Shown in pieces: positions 38,787 to 50,042 of a stretch of 64,000 bases of DNA (position 1 is the stretch's first letter; the number at the start of each line of letters is the position of its first letter). Below the pieces are notes generated by a model. That model ran no database searches, had not been told where the DNA came from, and worked only from the letters and a program-made list of their open reading frames with translations. Source of the stretch: an uncultured Spirochaetales bacterium (GTDB lineage: Bacteria > Spirochaetota > Spirochaetia > JAFGXN01); assembly GCA_949289575.1 (NCBI GenBank), contig CASEOG010000004.1, forward strand, positions 6,053-70,052. Direction: 5' to 3'. The position numbers and the translations under genes were made by a program.

Positions 38787-39785
38787 GTGAGTCGAAAATA
38801 TCTTTTTTTTCTTCCCGGAGCCGTATTAATCCTCATTGTTATCGTACTTGTGACAGCTTTCCCGGTTTTGAACTCGTCTCCGTCCCGTTCGGCAACGACG
38901 GTCCGTTCGTTTACTGTAGAGAGCGGAGAAGGTGTTTCCCATGTGGCTCACCGCCTGAAAGAAGAGGGACTGATTCGCAGTGAAACTTTTTTCAAGCTGA
39001 TATGCAGACTGTCGCGGCTTCAGTTTTCTTTGCAGAAAGGAAATTATCTGATCGAAGGCCGTTTGTCGTCAACGGCGATTCTGTCCATGATGACATCCGG
39101 AAAGCAGGTGACCGTTTCGGTCGTCATCCCGGAGGGTTATACGGTGCGGCAGATAGCCGATGTGCTTTATACCGGCAAAATCATTGCGGATCGGGACCGG
39201 TTCATTGAAGCCGTTCATGCCTTTTCTCTCGAGAAGTACGGTGTTAATCATACCGGAGCGGAAGGATTCCTCTTTCCCGATACCTATGTTTTTCAGTATA
39301 ACATGTTTTACAATGATATTATTTCCGTCATGACCGACAACTTTTTCAAAAAAGCAGACGAGGCGGGGCTGACAATCGATAATCATTTTTACGAAAAGGT
39401 CATTCTGGCTTCTGTTGTCGAAAAGGAGTATCGGGTCGAAGACGAGGCGCCGGTCATCGCTTCCGTATTTCTGAACCGGTTGAAAAAAAAGATGAGGCTC
39501 GAATCCTGTGCGACGGTTCTTTATGTTATCACCGAAATTCTCGGAAAACCGCATCCGAATCAGCTTTTTTATTCGGACTTGGAAATCGACAGTCCTTTTA
39601 ATACATACCGTAATGCGGGACTGCCTCCCGCTCCGGTATCGAATCCGGGAATGGTCGCATTGAAGGCGGCTTTTTATCCGGCAGAAACCGATTATCTGTT
39701 TTTCGTTGTCAGGGGTGACGGATCGGGGCGGCATACATTTACGAAAGATTTTTATACCCACAACTATTATAAGCGGCATAATTGA
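38787..39785 (+). CDS. mltG: Endolytic transglycosylase MltG
   Basis: IPEGYT, EGFLFPDTY, LASVVEKE, SPFNTY..GLPPAPVSNPG. Confidence 0.94.
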   Translation: MSRKYLFFLPGAVLILIVIVLVTAFPVLNSSPSRSATTVRSFTVESGEGVSHVAHRLKEEGLIRSETFFKLICRLSRLQFSLQKGNYLIEGRLSSTAILSMMTSGKQVTVSVVIPEGYTVRQIADVLYTGKIIADRDRFIEAVHAFSLEKYGVNHTGAEGFLFPDTYVFQYNMFYNDIISVMTDNFFKKADEAGLTIDNHFYEKVILASVVEKEYRVEDEAPVIASVFLNRLKKKMRLESCATVLYVITEILGKPHPNQLFYSDLEIDSPFNTYRNAGLPPAPVSNPGMVALKAAFYPAETDYLFFVVRGDGSGRHTFTKDFYTHNYYKRHN

Positions 39786-39786
39786 A

Positions 39787-41583
39787 ATGGCAGTGATTCC
39801 CAAAGAGGTGATTACGGCAGTTATGGAGTCTGCCTCTATTGTAGATGTTGTTTCGCGTTATACGACAAAAATTGTCAGGAAAGGAGAGCGCTACTTTGCC
39901 TGTTGTCCTTTTCATAACGAGAAAACGCCCTCCATGTCCATCACCCCTTCCAGAAATATGTTTCACTGTTTCGGATGCGGCGAAAGCGGAACTGTGATTT
40001 CTTTTCTGCAGAAAATCGAAAAAATCTCATTTTCGGAAGCTGTGGCCAGATTGGCCGATGAATTTCATGTTCCGTTTCATCTCTCTTCCGTTCAGACAGT
40101 TTATGACAGGCAGCGCGACGCTTACTATGCGATTTATGCCCGGGTGAGGGATTTGTATCATGAAGAACTGTTAAATCGCAGGAAAGATTCTGCGATCGAC
40201 AGATATATTAAAGAACGGGGAATCCCCGAAGAGGTCATTCGGGAATTCCGGCTGGGGTATTCACCGGCCGACCGGCAGTGGCTGTGGGGGCGTTTGCAGT
40301 CGGAAGGGTATTCTCCTTCATATCTGAAATCGGATATCGGTCTGTTCTCCAAAAATTATGATAAAATTTCTTTCTTTTCAAATCGGCTTATGTTTCCCAT
40401 TCACGACAGTTTCGGGCATTGTCTGGCTTTCGGCGGGCGGCTTTTGGAAGGAGAGGGGCCTAAGTATCTGAATACGGGAAAAACATCTTATTTCGAAAAA
40501 GGAAACGGATTTTATTTCGGACCGGATGCTTTCCGGGAAATGAGAATTCATGAGACTGCCGTTTTGTGCGAGGGGTATATGGACGTGATTGCCTTTTACC
40601 GGGCCGGAATTAAGAATGTTTTTGCGCCTTTAGGGACGGCATTTACGCAAAACCAGGCCGAGTTGCTGGCCGTTTCGGGCGCCAAAACGGTTTTGATCGG
40701 TTTTGACGGAGATGATGCGGGAAAACGGGCGGCCGCAAAGGCTGTCGAAATTCTTCGACGAAAAAATATCGGAGCAAAAGTTGCCGAATTCACGGAATAT
40801 AAAGATCCGGATGAATATTTAAACAAAGAGGGACCCGAATCGCTGAAAAATTTATTAAAAAATGGTATAAACGGGTTGGATTTTCTAATAAAAAATATTA
40901 TAGTAAAACATGGAAATTTAGATTCTCCTGAAGCAAAAGAAGCTGTTGTTTCGGAGGTTTTTCCGTATATCGGTTCTATCGGGAGTGAAGTAGGTAAAAA
41001 CGCAGCCTTACAGTCTTTAGCGGAGAAATTGCATATCAGCGAGAAGGCCGTATCGGATGATTTTCGGGTTTTTTCCGAAAAAAATCATGACCGGACAAAG
41101 ACTGCCGCGACAAGACCGACACTCAAGACAGAGCCGCCGGTTCCTGCCGTACGGACAGACGACAGCCAGGAATTTTTTCTGTTTGCGGCGTTGGTAGCGG
41201 AGCCGGCCTGTTTCGAACAGGTCAGGCGATGTATCGGTGTGGAGGATCTTGTTTCGGCTCGGGCTCGTGAAATTTATTATCTGTTGGAAGATGCGTACAG
41301 AAAAAATCGGTTAAATTCCGATGCGATTCTTTCAATGATGGAAGATTCCTCCGCGGTGCGGTTTATCGTCGAGAAACTCGCCGATAATGAGTTTTCATCC
41401 GAGAATATTAAAAAAATGATTCCCGATTTGATTTTACAGGAGAGAATTTTCATTTTGAAAAACAAAATAGATGATCTTCAATTTAAGATTTCCCATTCCT
41501 CCGGTAAAAGCAGAGAAACGGTCGATAATTTTATTCGTGAGAAAATAAAATATGAAAAAGAGTTGTCGAAACTCAAACCGTAA
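39787..41583 (+). CDS. dnaG: DNA primase
   Basis: CPFHNEKTPS...CFGC, PKYLNT, EGYMDV, FDGDDAG, KDPDE. Confidence 0.96.
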   Translation: MAVIPKEVITAVMESASIVDVVSRYTTKIVRKGERYFACCPFHNEKTPSMSITPSRNMFHCFGCGESGTVISFLQKIEKISFSEAVARLADEFHVPFHLSSVQTVYDRQRDAYYAIYARVRDLYHEELLNRRKDSAIDRYIKERGIPEEVIREFRLGYSPADRQWLWGRLQSEGYSPSYLKSDIGLFSKNYDKISFFSNRLMFPIHDSFGHCLAFGGRLLEGEGPKYLNTGKTSYFEKGNGFYFGPDAFREMRIHETAVLCEGYMDVIAFYRAGIKNVFAPLGTAFTQNQAELLAVSGAKTVLIGFDGDDAGKRAAAKAVEILRRKNIGAKVAEFTEYKDPDEYLNKEGPESLKNLLKNGINGLDFLIKNIIVKHGNLDSPEAKEAVVSEVFPYIGSIGSEVGKNAALQSLAEKLHISEKAVSDDFRVFSEKNHDRTKTAATRPTLKTEPPVPAVRTDDSQEFFLFAALVAEPACFEQVRRCIGVEDLVSARAREIYYLLEDAYRKNRLNSDAILSMMEDSSAVRFIVEKLADNEFSSENIKKMIPDLILQERIFILKNKIDDLQFKISHSSGKSRETVDNFIREKIKYEKELSKLKP

Positions 41584-41601
41584 ACCGGAGAAACAGATAG
41601 A

Positions 41602-43617
41602 ATGAAGAAAGAAATTAATGGCTTTTCTACCAAAGAAATTCTTGATTTAATTAAACCGAGGAAAAAGCTTTCGTTCGACGAATTAAATGATTTGCTTCCG
41701 GACAATTTCGATGCCAACTATCTCGACGAAGTTTACGATTTGTTGGAAGATGCGGGAATTGAGTTGGAAGATGATTCTTTTATCGATAACGACGATGAGA
41801 AAGAATCGGAGATGACGGCGGAGGACGATATGGATTCCGCCGATTATCAGCCCGAATCCGAACCGAATCTCGACGACATTGAAAATATCGACTCTCTCGC
41901 GGATGAGGATGACGAAGATATTGTCGAAATGGATGACGATATGCGTCCCGATGCAGCTATTGCCAAACTGGGTGAGATGCGGCAAATGTCTTCCGGAATG
42001 GATGACATGGAGACACTCGAAAATCCCGATATCGAGGCGGAAGAGACCGAAGATGAAGATCTCGATGTTTATGCGGACGAGGATTCAAGACAGGATGCAT
42101 CCGGCGATTCCGACTCCGATATGCCTTCTTCTTCCGGTATGGTGACTTCATCAAAGGATATTTCGGCAAATGATGATCCGATCCGGCTTTATTTGCATGA
42201 AATCGGAAAAGAGCCCCTGCTGAGCGGAGAGGAAGAAGGTGCATTGGCCCGTGAAATGGAAAAAGGGGCCGAAATGATTCTTCATGTGATTAAATCAAGC
42301 GGTATGATTATCGATCGGTTTAATCAGCTGCTGGTGCGTATCGCCGAACGCCAGTCTCATCTGGATGATAATACAAAAAAAATCGACGACCATGAGGATT
42401 CCAAAAAACTCGACACATACAAGGACCGTCTTAAAGGAATTGCATCAAAGATTAAATCATACAAAGAACTGAAAAGTAAATACAAGACGTACAGCGAATT
42501 CCTCGAAGACGAAGAGCTTCAGAAAAAAAAGAAAAGTCTTTTGAAAGCGATCCAAGGAATCGTGATCGAACAGGATGATATTATTACCTATTCCGATGAA
42601 TTTATTACCGTTCAGAATAAAATCCACAGAATTCAGAATGAACAGGAAAAACTTCAGAAAGTCCTGAAAATTTCGAGTATAAAAGAATTGCGTTCACTCA
42701 GCAGGGATTTGGCTATCTCTTCCAAACGGGGAGATATCGAAACCCGGCTGATGCTCAGTGCCAATCTGATTAAAGACCGGATTCGAAAATATCAGGAAAA
42801 TTACAATACATTTAAGGACATCGAATTTCTGTTTGAGGACAGAATCCCCGACATTCTGGAAAAAGCAATCGAGATTAAAAAAGGAAAGGAAAAGCTTAAA
42901 TCGGCCAAAGATAAACTGATTCAGTCCAATCTCAGACTTGTAGTCAGTATCGCCAAAAAATACACGAATCGCGGACTTCATTTTTTCGATCTCGTTCAGG
43001 AAGGAAATATCGGTCTGATAAAAGCGGTTGAAAAATTCAATTATAAATTGAATTATAAATTTTCGACTTATGCGACATGGTGGATTCGTCAGGCGATTAC
43101 CCGTTCTATATCGGATCAGGCACGCACAATCCGTGTGCCGGTCCATATGATTGAGCAGATTAATAAAGTATCCCGCGAATCAAGACAACTGATGCAGTCG
43201 TTGGGCCGTGAACCGACCGACGAGGAAATTGCCGAAAAACTCGGATGGCCTCTGGAGAAAGTGACCTCCGTAAAAAGTGTCGCCAGAGAACCGATTTCGT
43301 TGGAATCTCCTTTGGGCGAGGAAGAAGATTCTCTTTTGGGAGATTTTATAGAAGATAAAGCGGTCGAGAATCCGGCCAATCAGACGGCATTTAAAATGTT
43401 GCAGGAGCATTTGCGCGGAATACTCAATGATCTGCCGGAAAGAGAACGGGAGGTCATTCAGATGCGCTTCGGACTGGAAGACGGATATTCGCTTACGCTT
43501 GAAGAGGTGGGACTCTATTTTAATGTGACCAGAGAGCGAATTCGGCAGATAGAAGCAAAAGCATTGAGACGTTTAAAATTACCGAAACATACGGAACGGT
43601 TAACGGATTATAAATAA
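41602..43617 (+). CDS. rpoD: RNA polymerase primary sigma factor
   Basis: [51 protein letters not shown]. Confidence 0.97.
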   Translation: MKKEINGFSTKEILDLIKPRKKLSFDELNDLLPDNFDANYLDEVYDLLEDAGIELEDDSFIDNDDEKESEMTAEDDMDSADYQPESEPNLDDIENIDSLADEDDEDIVEMDDDMRPDAAIAKLGEMRQMSSGMDDMETLENPDIEAEETEDEDLDVYADEDSRQDASGDSDSDMPSSSGMVTSSKDISANDDPIRLYLHEIGKEPLLSGEEEGALAREMEKGAEMILHVIKSSGMIIDRFNQLLVRIAERQSHLDDNTKKIDDHEDSKKLDTYKDRLKGIASKIKSYKELKSKYKTYSEFLEDEELQKKKKSLLKAIQGIVIEQDDIITYSDEFITVQNKIHRIQNEQEKLQKVLKISSIKELRSLSRDLAISSKRGDIETRLMLSANLIKDRIRKYQENYNTFKDIEFLFEDRIPDILEKAIEIKKGKEKLKSAKDKLIQSNLRLVVSIAKKYTNRGLHFFDLVQEGNIGLIKAVEKFNYKLNYKFSTYATWWIRQAITRSISDQARTIRVPVHMIEQINKVSRESRQLMQSLGREPTDEEIAEKLGWPLEKVTSVKSVAREPISLESPLGEEEDSLLGDFIEDKAVENPANQTAFKMLQEHLRGILNDLPEREREVIQMRFGLEDGYSLTLEEVGLYFNVTRERIRQIEAKALRRLKLPKHTERLTDYK

Positions 43618-43634
43618 AAGGAGAGGAGAAGCAA

Positions 43635-44429
43635 ATGAATAACAGCACGAAAACGGGACTGATCGGATTACAGGAAGTTTTGTATAAAAAATCTCTTTTG
43701 GAAAAAGAGATTTCCGATGCCCCCAAGACTTTAATGACAAACATCGAAGTTCTTAACAAATTAAAAAAGGCATACGTCGAGAAAAACAATTATCTGGAAA
43801 GAAAAACCGAAAGAATAAACAAAATCAGAGAACGGTTAAACGATCTCGAAGTTCAGAGAAACGAAGCCGAAAAGCAGATGGGAGATATCGAGACGCAGAG
43901 AGAATACGAGCTTCTCGACAAGAAGATTAAAGAATTCGCCCAAAAAGAGCAGGAACTTCGGATTAAATACAACAAAGAACGTCAGGAATTCGACGAGCTG
44001 AAGCTTGATATGTCCAATAAGGAAAACATGATTCTGGCGCAGGAAAAAGAAATCGAGGCCGAAAAAGAGAAGCTGGAATCGTATATTGCCTCCAAGCAGA
44101 CAGAACTCGACAGTCTGAAAGGCAGAGAAAAAGAAATTCTGCCGGGAATAGGAGACGATATTGTTTATAAATTCGATCGGATTGTCAGAAAAAAAGAGGG
44201 CGTGGCTATTGTTCCGATAAAGAACGGAGTCTGTACGGGGTGTAATATCATGCTGACGCCCCAGTTCGTGAACGAAGTACGTGAAGAAACTTCCATTTCG
44301 TTCTGCCCGTATTGCAGCCGGATTCTGTACTGCGAAGATAACGAAATCGAGCAGGAACAGGCCGAAATGAAATTTGACGATGCCGATTTGGGAGGTCTTT
44401 CGGATTTGAATCCGGATGTTGATTTTTAA
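43635..44429 (+). CDS. Coiled-coil C4-type zinc-ribbon protein (DUF164-like)
   Basis: Long coiled coil followed by CTGC...CPYCSRILY. Confidence 0.85.
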   Translation: MNNSTKTGLIGLQEVLYKKSLLEKEISDAPKTLMTNIEVLNKLKKAYVEKNNYLERKTERINKIRERLNDLEVQRNEAEKQMGDIETQREYELLDKKIKEFAQKEQELRIKYNKERQEFDELKLDMSNKENMILAQEKEIEAEKEKLESYIASKQTELDSLKGREKEILPGIGDDIVYKFDRIVRKKEGVAIVPIKNGVCTGCNIMLTPQFVNEVREETSISFCPYCSRILYCEDNEIEQEQAEMKFDDADLGGLSDLNPDVDF

Positions 44430-44431
44430 GT

Positions 44432-44771
44432 AAACAGGCCGAGCAGTCGCTTTGCGTACCGTCGGTATGCAAAGAGGAAAGTCCGGGCTCCGCAGAACAG
44501 AATGCCGGATAACATCCGGGGCCGTTTTTAACGGTACAGAAAGTGCAACAGAAAAGATACAGCCCGTATCTTACGGGCAATGGTGAAATGGTGAGGTAAG
44601 AGCTCACCGCAACGTCGGTAACGGCGCTGTTGGCAAACCTCATTCGGAGCAAGGTTAAATAGGCAACCGGGTTGTTCGCCCGATGGTTGCGGGTAAACTG
44701 CTACACGGTTTCCGCGAGGGAACCGGCAGATAGATGACTGCACAGACAGAACCCGGCTTACAGGCCTGTTT
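44432..44771 (+). ncRNA. rnpB: RNase P RNA (type A)
   Basis: GAGGAAAGTCCGGGCTCC, GAAAGTGCAACAGAAA, ACAGAACCCGGCTTA; terminal helix AAACAGGCC/GGCCTGTTT. Confidence 0.96.
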
Positions 44772-44794
44772 TTTATAGACAGTTGGAGATTCTT

Positions 44795-45739
44795 ATGAGT
44801 AAGAACAGTTATGTTTTTTATCAGTCACCGCGAAAAAAAGCCCTGCGCGCTTTGAAAATTACGGCTGCCGTTGTTATTCCTGCGGCGGTCGCGGTCTTCG
44901 TTGTTTGGGGTATTGCTTCGGGACAGTTCGCCCGGTGGTCCGAAAAAGACGAACGGCTGAACGGTGATTACGAAGCTCTTTTTGCCGAGAAAAAATACGA
45001 TTTGGTGATGGAAGTCACTTCCGAAGTTCTTGCCGGGAATCCTTTTGATAAAAAGGCTTTGATATATGACGGCTTTGCCAATTATTATTACGCAATTCAG
45101 CTGGATTCTTTCGAAGAGCAGCTGAATTATCTCGATCGGGCAGCGCTTTCTTTGCGGAAGGTGCGTGTTTTGGATGAAAACCGTCTGACAGGAAAAATCG
45201 ATTATTTCCTGGGACGGATTTATTATATGAAGGGAACATTCTATCTCGACGAATCGATCGTCTATTTCCAGTCATCCCTCGACCTCGGATATAAAGACCA
45301 TAAAAACGAAATCTATTATTTTCTGGGGATGGCATACTCCCGTATCGGAATGTTTGACGAAAGTCTGAATTGGCTTAAAAAAGTGGAAGGGGATTCCGAT
45401 GTATCCGGTCTTTTAATTGCCATTACATATTATCATCAAAAAAATTATCCGGTCGCACTGGAAAATCTGGATATGATACGGCGGCAGACAAAGGATGACA
45501 AAGTCAAACTCAGCTGTGACTTTTGGAAAGCCAAAACATATCTGGAACAGAATAAATACGAAGAAGCCATCAGACTTTACACGGAGATTCTCGAAGAAGT
45601 GGATTCCGCGGATGCGCATTATAATTTAGGACTGGTATATAAAAAAATGAACAATATCATCCAGGCAAGAGCCGAATGGAGAAAAGCGATTAAATTACAG
45701 CCGACCCACATGGGGGCATTAATGGAGTTAAATCATTAA
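44795..45739 (+). CDS. Membrane-anchored TPR protein
   Basis: N-terminal TM; TPR motifs (YFLGRIYY, YFLGMAYS, AHYNLGLVY). Confidence 0.8.
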   Translation: MSKNSYVFYQSPRKKALRALKITAAVVIPAAVAVFVVWGIASGQFARWSEKDERLNGDYEALFAEKKYDLVMEVTSEVLAGNPFDKKALIYDGFANYYYAIQLDSFEEQLNYLDRAALSLRKVRVLDENRLTGKIDYFLGRIYYMKGTFYLDESIVYFQSSLDLGYKDHKNEIYYFLGMAYSRIGMFDESLNWLKKVEGDSDVSGLLIAITYYHQKNYPVALENLDMIRRQTKDDKVKLSCDFWKAKTYLEQNKYEEAIRLYTEILEEVDSADAHYNLGLVYKKMNNIIQARAEWRKAIKLQPTHMGALMELNH

Positions 45740-45757
45740 TAAGGGAGGATTCTGAAT

Positions 45758-46792
45758 ATGAAAAAGAACATTTTGGATACCTTTTCCACCGATATCGGAA
45801 TGGATTTGGGAACCTGTAATACGCTTGTTTATTTGAGAGGCAGAGGGATTGTCCTGAAAGAGCCTTCTGTTGTTGCCATCGAAAGAGGAACGAAGCGGGT
45901 GGTGGCCGTCGGACAGGAAGCCAAACGTATGTTGTGGCGGACTCCCGATAAAATTATTACAATTCGTCCTTTGAGAGACGGTGTTATTGCCGATTTGGAT
46001 ACGACCGAAAAGATGATTCGTTATTTCTGTTCGCAGGTCATCAAAAAACGGTTTTTTATTAAACCGCGGATGGTTATCGGGGTACCTTCCTGTATAACGG
46101 ATGTGGAAAGACGTGCGGTTGTCGAAAGTGCCATGAAAGCCGGAGCCCGGAATGTTATTCTGATTGAAGAATCCCTGGCGGCGGCAATCGGAGCGGGAAT
46201 GCCGATACACGATCCGGTCGGCAATATGGTCTGCGATGTCGGCGGCGGAACTTCCGAGATCTCCGTTATTTCTTACGGGAATATGGTTGTGACACGGGCT
46301 ATTCGGGTCGGCGGAGATGAGTTTGACGAATCGATTATCAAATATGTACGTGATAAACGAAACCTGATTATCGGTCAGTCGACAGCCGAAGAAATTAAAA
46401 TCAGTATCGGAAATGTTTTGCCCGATGACAAAATCGAAAAAAAAGAGGTTAAAGGAGTCGATACGATTACGGGACTTCCCCGACGAATCGAATTGGATTC
46501 CGTCGAAGTCCGTGATTCGCTGCTTTCTTCCGTCGATCTCATTTTGGAAGAAATCAAAAAAACACTCGCCGCAACTCCGGCCGAACTGGCGGCAGATATC
46601 ATCGAACGGGGTATTGTTCTGACAGGTGGAGGCGCTTTACTGAAAGGATTCGGACAGTATATCTCCAATCAGACAAAAGTACCGGTTATCGTAGCCGAGG
46701 ATCCTTTGCTGTGTGTTGCCAAAGGGGCCGGAATGTATTTCGATTCGGTAACAAACAGTTACGGAGACAATAATCTCTATAATGACCTGTAA
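45758..46792 (+). CDS. mreB: Rod shape-determining protein MreB
   Basis: [39 protein letters not shown]. Confidence 0.97.
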   Translation: MKKNILDTFSTDIGMDLGTCNTLVYLRGRGIVLKEPSVVAIERGTKRVVAVGQEAKRMLWRTPDKIITIRPLRDGVIADLDTTEKMIRYFCSQVIKKRFFIKPRMVIGVPSCITDVERRAVVESAMKAGARNVILIEESLAAAIGAGMPIHDPVGNMVCDVGGGTSEISVISYGNMVVTRAIRVGGDEFDESIIKYVRDKRNLIIGQSTAEEIKISIGNVLPDDKIEKKEVKGVDTITGLPRRIELDSVEVRDSLLSSVDLILEEIKKTLAATPAELAADIIERGIVLTGGGALLKGFGQYISNQTKVPVIVAEDPLLCVAKGAGMYFDSVTNSYGDNNLYNDL

Positions 46793-46806
46793 ACATCCGA
46801 ACGGTT

Positions 46807-47667
46807 ATGGTTTCTTCCCGGTTATCGAAAAAATTCAGAAAACATAAAGATACAATCCTCTTTGCGGTTTGTCTGCTCTTTTCTTTGTCGCTACTAGTTT
46901 TTTCGACTCCCGCCGGAATCGGCGGAATCGGGAAGATCGGCTTTTCTCTGGTTTCTGTCGTTCAGAAAGGATATTACGGAGCGGTCGGATTCTTTTCGGG
47001 GACGGTCAATTCCATTTCAGAACTGAAAAAACTGAAATCGGAGTATGAAGAATTAAAGAAGACGGTCGAAGAAAATTATCATTTTCTGAATACTCTGGAG
47101 AATCTCCGTGTAGAGAACGAACTTCTGAAAGAGCAGATGCATATTTCCCGTCAGCTGACATATGAACATATCACGACAAATGTCATTGCCAAAGATCCCG
47201 GTAATTTTCATTCGTATTTTAAAATCGGGTGCGGATCACGGGAAGGGGTTCAAAAATATATGCCGGTAATTGTTTCCCAGCGGGGCAAATACGGACTCGT
47301 CGGGCTTGTTATTATGACAGGTTATTCTTCTTCCGAAGTCATGCCTCTGTTTTCGAACGGTTGTTCGGTGGCAGCCCGATTATTGGAATCCAGATACGAC
47401 GGTCTTGTCTCCGGATTGGGATATACGTCGGACTATATTCTAATGAAGTATGTTTCTCAGGCGGCGAACGAAGAAATCAAAATCGGGGATCTTGTTGTGA
47501 CTTCCGGAATGCAGTCCATTTATCCTTACGGGATTCCCATCGGATATGTGGATCAGATTGTTTCGGGAAAGGGTGAGACAACAATTACACTCTATTTAAA
47601 ACCTGTGATTGAATTTTCCCAACTCGAATATGTTCAGGTTCTGAAAGCAAAAACTCCGGAGCTGTAG
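46807..47667 (+). CDS. mreC: Rod shape-determining protein MreC
   Basis: TM plus coiled coil, GDLVVTSG..YPYGIPIG; follows mreB. Confidence 0.92.
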   Translation: MVSSRLSKKFRKHKDTILFAVCLLFSLSLLVFSTPAGIGGIGKIGFSLVSVVQKGYYGAVGFFSGTVNSISELKKLKSEYEELKKTVEENYHFLNTLENLRVENELLKEQMHISRQLTYEHITTNVIAKDPGNFHSYFKIGCGSREGVQKYMPVIVSQRGKYGLVGLVIMTGYSSSEVMPLFSNGCSVAARLLESRYDGLVSGLGYTSDYILMKYVSQAANEEIKIGDLVVTSGMQSIYPYGIPIGYVDQIVSGKGETTITLYLKPVIEFSQLEYVQVLKAKTPEL

Positions 47668-47668
47668 C

Positions 47669-48187
47669 ATGTATTACAATATACGAAATAAAAGAATCAT
47701 TATTCATTTTATTGTATTGATGATCATGGCTGTCATGCAGGGTCTCTTTATCCGCTTCTTCGACTATTTCTGGGGAAATATAAATATTGCTTTGGTCTAC
47801 TTTATTTTTCTGTCATTCTATCTCGGAAAATCTGTCTCGTATAAAATCGGTTTTTGTTTCGGACTGCTGCTGGACTGTTTCGGTGCGACGTACGGGTTTT
47901 ATGCCTTTATTTTTGCGCTTCTCGGATATGTGACAGGTCTTTTCTCAGGGAAATTTTATCTGTCGGGGATTCTCCTGCCGGTTCTTTTTACACTGATTCT
48001 TTCGCTGTTTTATTTTGCGACGGGAACGGTTTTGCTTTATATATTTTTTACGGTGACATGGAGCCGCCTGCTGATTAATGCGGCAATACAAACTCTTTTA
48101 AATATTCTTTTGAGCCCGCTTGCGGCATTTCTCTTCAGACGCTATTTTTTCAGGCGTGTCGGAATAGTCGAAAATGGCAGACAGTAA
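47669..48187 (+). CDS. mreD: Rod shape-determining protein MreD
   Basis: Hydrophobic 172 aa, GFCFGLLLD; between mreC and PBP2. Confidence 0.85.
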   Translation: MYYNIRNKRIIIHFIVLMIMAVMQGLFIRFFDYFWGNINIALVYFIFLSFYLGKSVSYKIGFCFGLLLDCFGATYGFYAFIFALLGYVTGLFSGKFYLSGILLPVLFTLILSLFYFATGTVLLYIFFTVTWSRLLINAAIQTLLNILLSPLAAFLFRRYFFRRVGIVENGRQ

Positions 48188-50042
48188 ATTTCAACAGCAA
48201 AACCTGAAACGCCGTGTTGCCGTATTGCTTTGGTTAACGGGGTTTGCTTTCTTTTTAATCATCACCCGTCTGTTTGTGTTGCAAATTGTCAATCAGGCGC
48301 AATATCAGGAAAAAGCGATTAATCTGGCACGGAGAGAAATTCGGATTCCGGCCTTAAGAGGAGATATTCTGGACTGTCACAACGAGCTCCTGGCCTCAAA
48401 TCGTGATACCTTTTCTATCGAAATTATTCCGGCAGATGTACCGAACGGACAGATGGAAGATGTTCTGACCAATCTTTCGTATGCCCTGAATATTCCTTAC
48501 CGGACACTGACCGAGAAAATTCCTCAGTCTAAATACCGTTCCTATTCTCCGATCGAGATTATTTCGGGAATCGGTTTGTCGGATATTGTTGTGATTGCCG
48601 AACACAGCGACCTGTATCCGGGCGTTTACTGGCATAATTTTTCAATCAGAAATTACGAAAACGTCGGATCGATGTTTCATATTATAGGATATATCAATAA
48701 AATCAGTCAGGAAGAGTTGCGTTTTTTATATAACCAGGGCTATCGAGGGTATTCCCAGATCGGAAAATCGGGAATCGAAAAAGAGTACGATACTCTTTTA
48801 AGAGGAATTGACGGTAAAAGATTTCAGTCTGTCGATGTTAAAGGCAGAACCATTGCCGCCGATCAGATCTCCGATATTCCTCCCGTGACCGGAAATTCTC
48901 TTGTTCTGACTATCGATCGCCGGATACAGCGTTTATGCGAGGATGCCTTGGGAGAGCGTCCGGGATCGGTTATTGTTCTTCGTCCTTCGACAGGAGAAAT
49001 TCTGGCAATGGTCTCCTATCCGTGGATAGATCCGAATATATTTTATGCCAACAAAAATCATCAGCAACTCTCCGACCATTATAACGATAAACAGAAGCCT
49101 TTTTTTAACCGCAGCATCAGTGCCGTTTATCCGCCGGCGTCGACCTTTAAAGCAATAATGGCAGCCATGATTCTGGAAGAAAACCTTGTTCCCGAAGATT
49201 ATACGGTAAATTGTACGGGAAGAGTTTTTATCGGAGACCGCTATTTTCATTGCACCAAACAGCACGGTAAAATGAATCTCAAATCGGCCGTATCGGAATC
49301 CTGCAACATCTATTTCTATACGATAGCCCATCAGTTTGCCGATATTTCGCTAATATCGGAATATGCATCGAAATTCGCATTGGGTGAAAAATCATTTATC
49401 GACTTACCCGAAGAATCGCCGGGAACACTTCCGACCCCGGAATGGAAACTGAAACAGTATTCCCGACGATGGGTCGGCGGCGATACGATTAATATGTCAA
49501 TCGGACAGGGCTTTCTGGCTGTGACGCCGCTTCAAATGGCCAATGCGTATGCAATGATCCTTAATAACGGAAAAATTTACAAACCTCATATTCTGAAAGC
49601 AATCCGTGATCCGGAGTCGGGACGAATCCTTTCCGAAGTGATGCCGGAAGTTATCCACTCGGTCGATATGGATCCGTCGACATACGAGAAAATTCGCAGG
49701 GCATTAAGAGAAACTTGTGTGTCGGGAACAGCGAAAAATGTACTGACAACCCGTCTTGTGAAGGTTGCGGGGAAGACAGGTACGGGACAGACAGCCGGTT
49801 TTACCGATAATTACGCGAGCTGGTTTATTTCATACGCTCCGTACGACGCTCCGCCGGAAGAGCAGATTCTGGTCTCGATTGTAATAGAACCGCAGGCCGG
49901 TACCGAGTACCAGTGGTGGACACCGTTTGCCGCCAATATCATTTATCAGGGAATTTTCGGAAATCAGGATTTCTATCAGGCCGTCAAAGCGCTGCACTGG
50001 CAGTGGCTTTTCCCCGATTTGGAGAAATATAAAAATGAATAA
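48174..50042 (+). CDS. mrdA: Penicillin-binding protein 2
   Basis: RGDILD, PASTFK (SxxK), SCN (SxN), KTGT. Confidence 0.95.
   Translation: MADSKFQQQNLKRRVAVLLWLTGFAFFLIITRLFVLQIVNQAQYQEKAINLARREIRIPALRGDILDCHNELLASNRDTFSIEIIPADVPNGQMEDVLTNLSYALNIPYRTLTEKIPQSKYRSYSPIEIISGIGLSDIVVIAEHSDLYPGVYWHNFSIRNYENVGSMFHIIGYINKISQEELRFLYNQGYRGYSQIGKSGIEKEYDTLLRGIDGKRFQSVDVKGRTIAADQISDIPPVTGNSLVLTIDRRIQRLCEDALGERPGSVIVLRPSTGEILAMVSYPWIDPNIFYANKNHQQLSDHYNDKQKPFFNRSISAVYPPASTFKAIMAAMILEENLVPEDYTVNCTGRVFIGDRYFHCTKQHGKMNLKSAVSESCNIYFYTIAHQFADISLISEYASKFALGEKSFIDLPEESPGTLPTPEWKLKQYSRRWVGGDTINMSIGQGFLAVTPLQMANAYAMILNNGKIYKPHILKAIRDPESGRILSEVMPEVIHSVDMDPSTYEKIRRALRETCVSGTAKNVLTTRLVKVAGKTGTGQTAGFTDNYASWFISYAPYDAPPEEQILVSIVIEPQAGTEYQWWTPFAANIIYQGIFGNQDFYQAVKALHWQWLFPDLEKYKNE

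Noticed and set aside
44248..44743. Minus-strand ORFs over 44.2-44.7 kb
   Set aside because: Antisense shadows of RNase P RNA.
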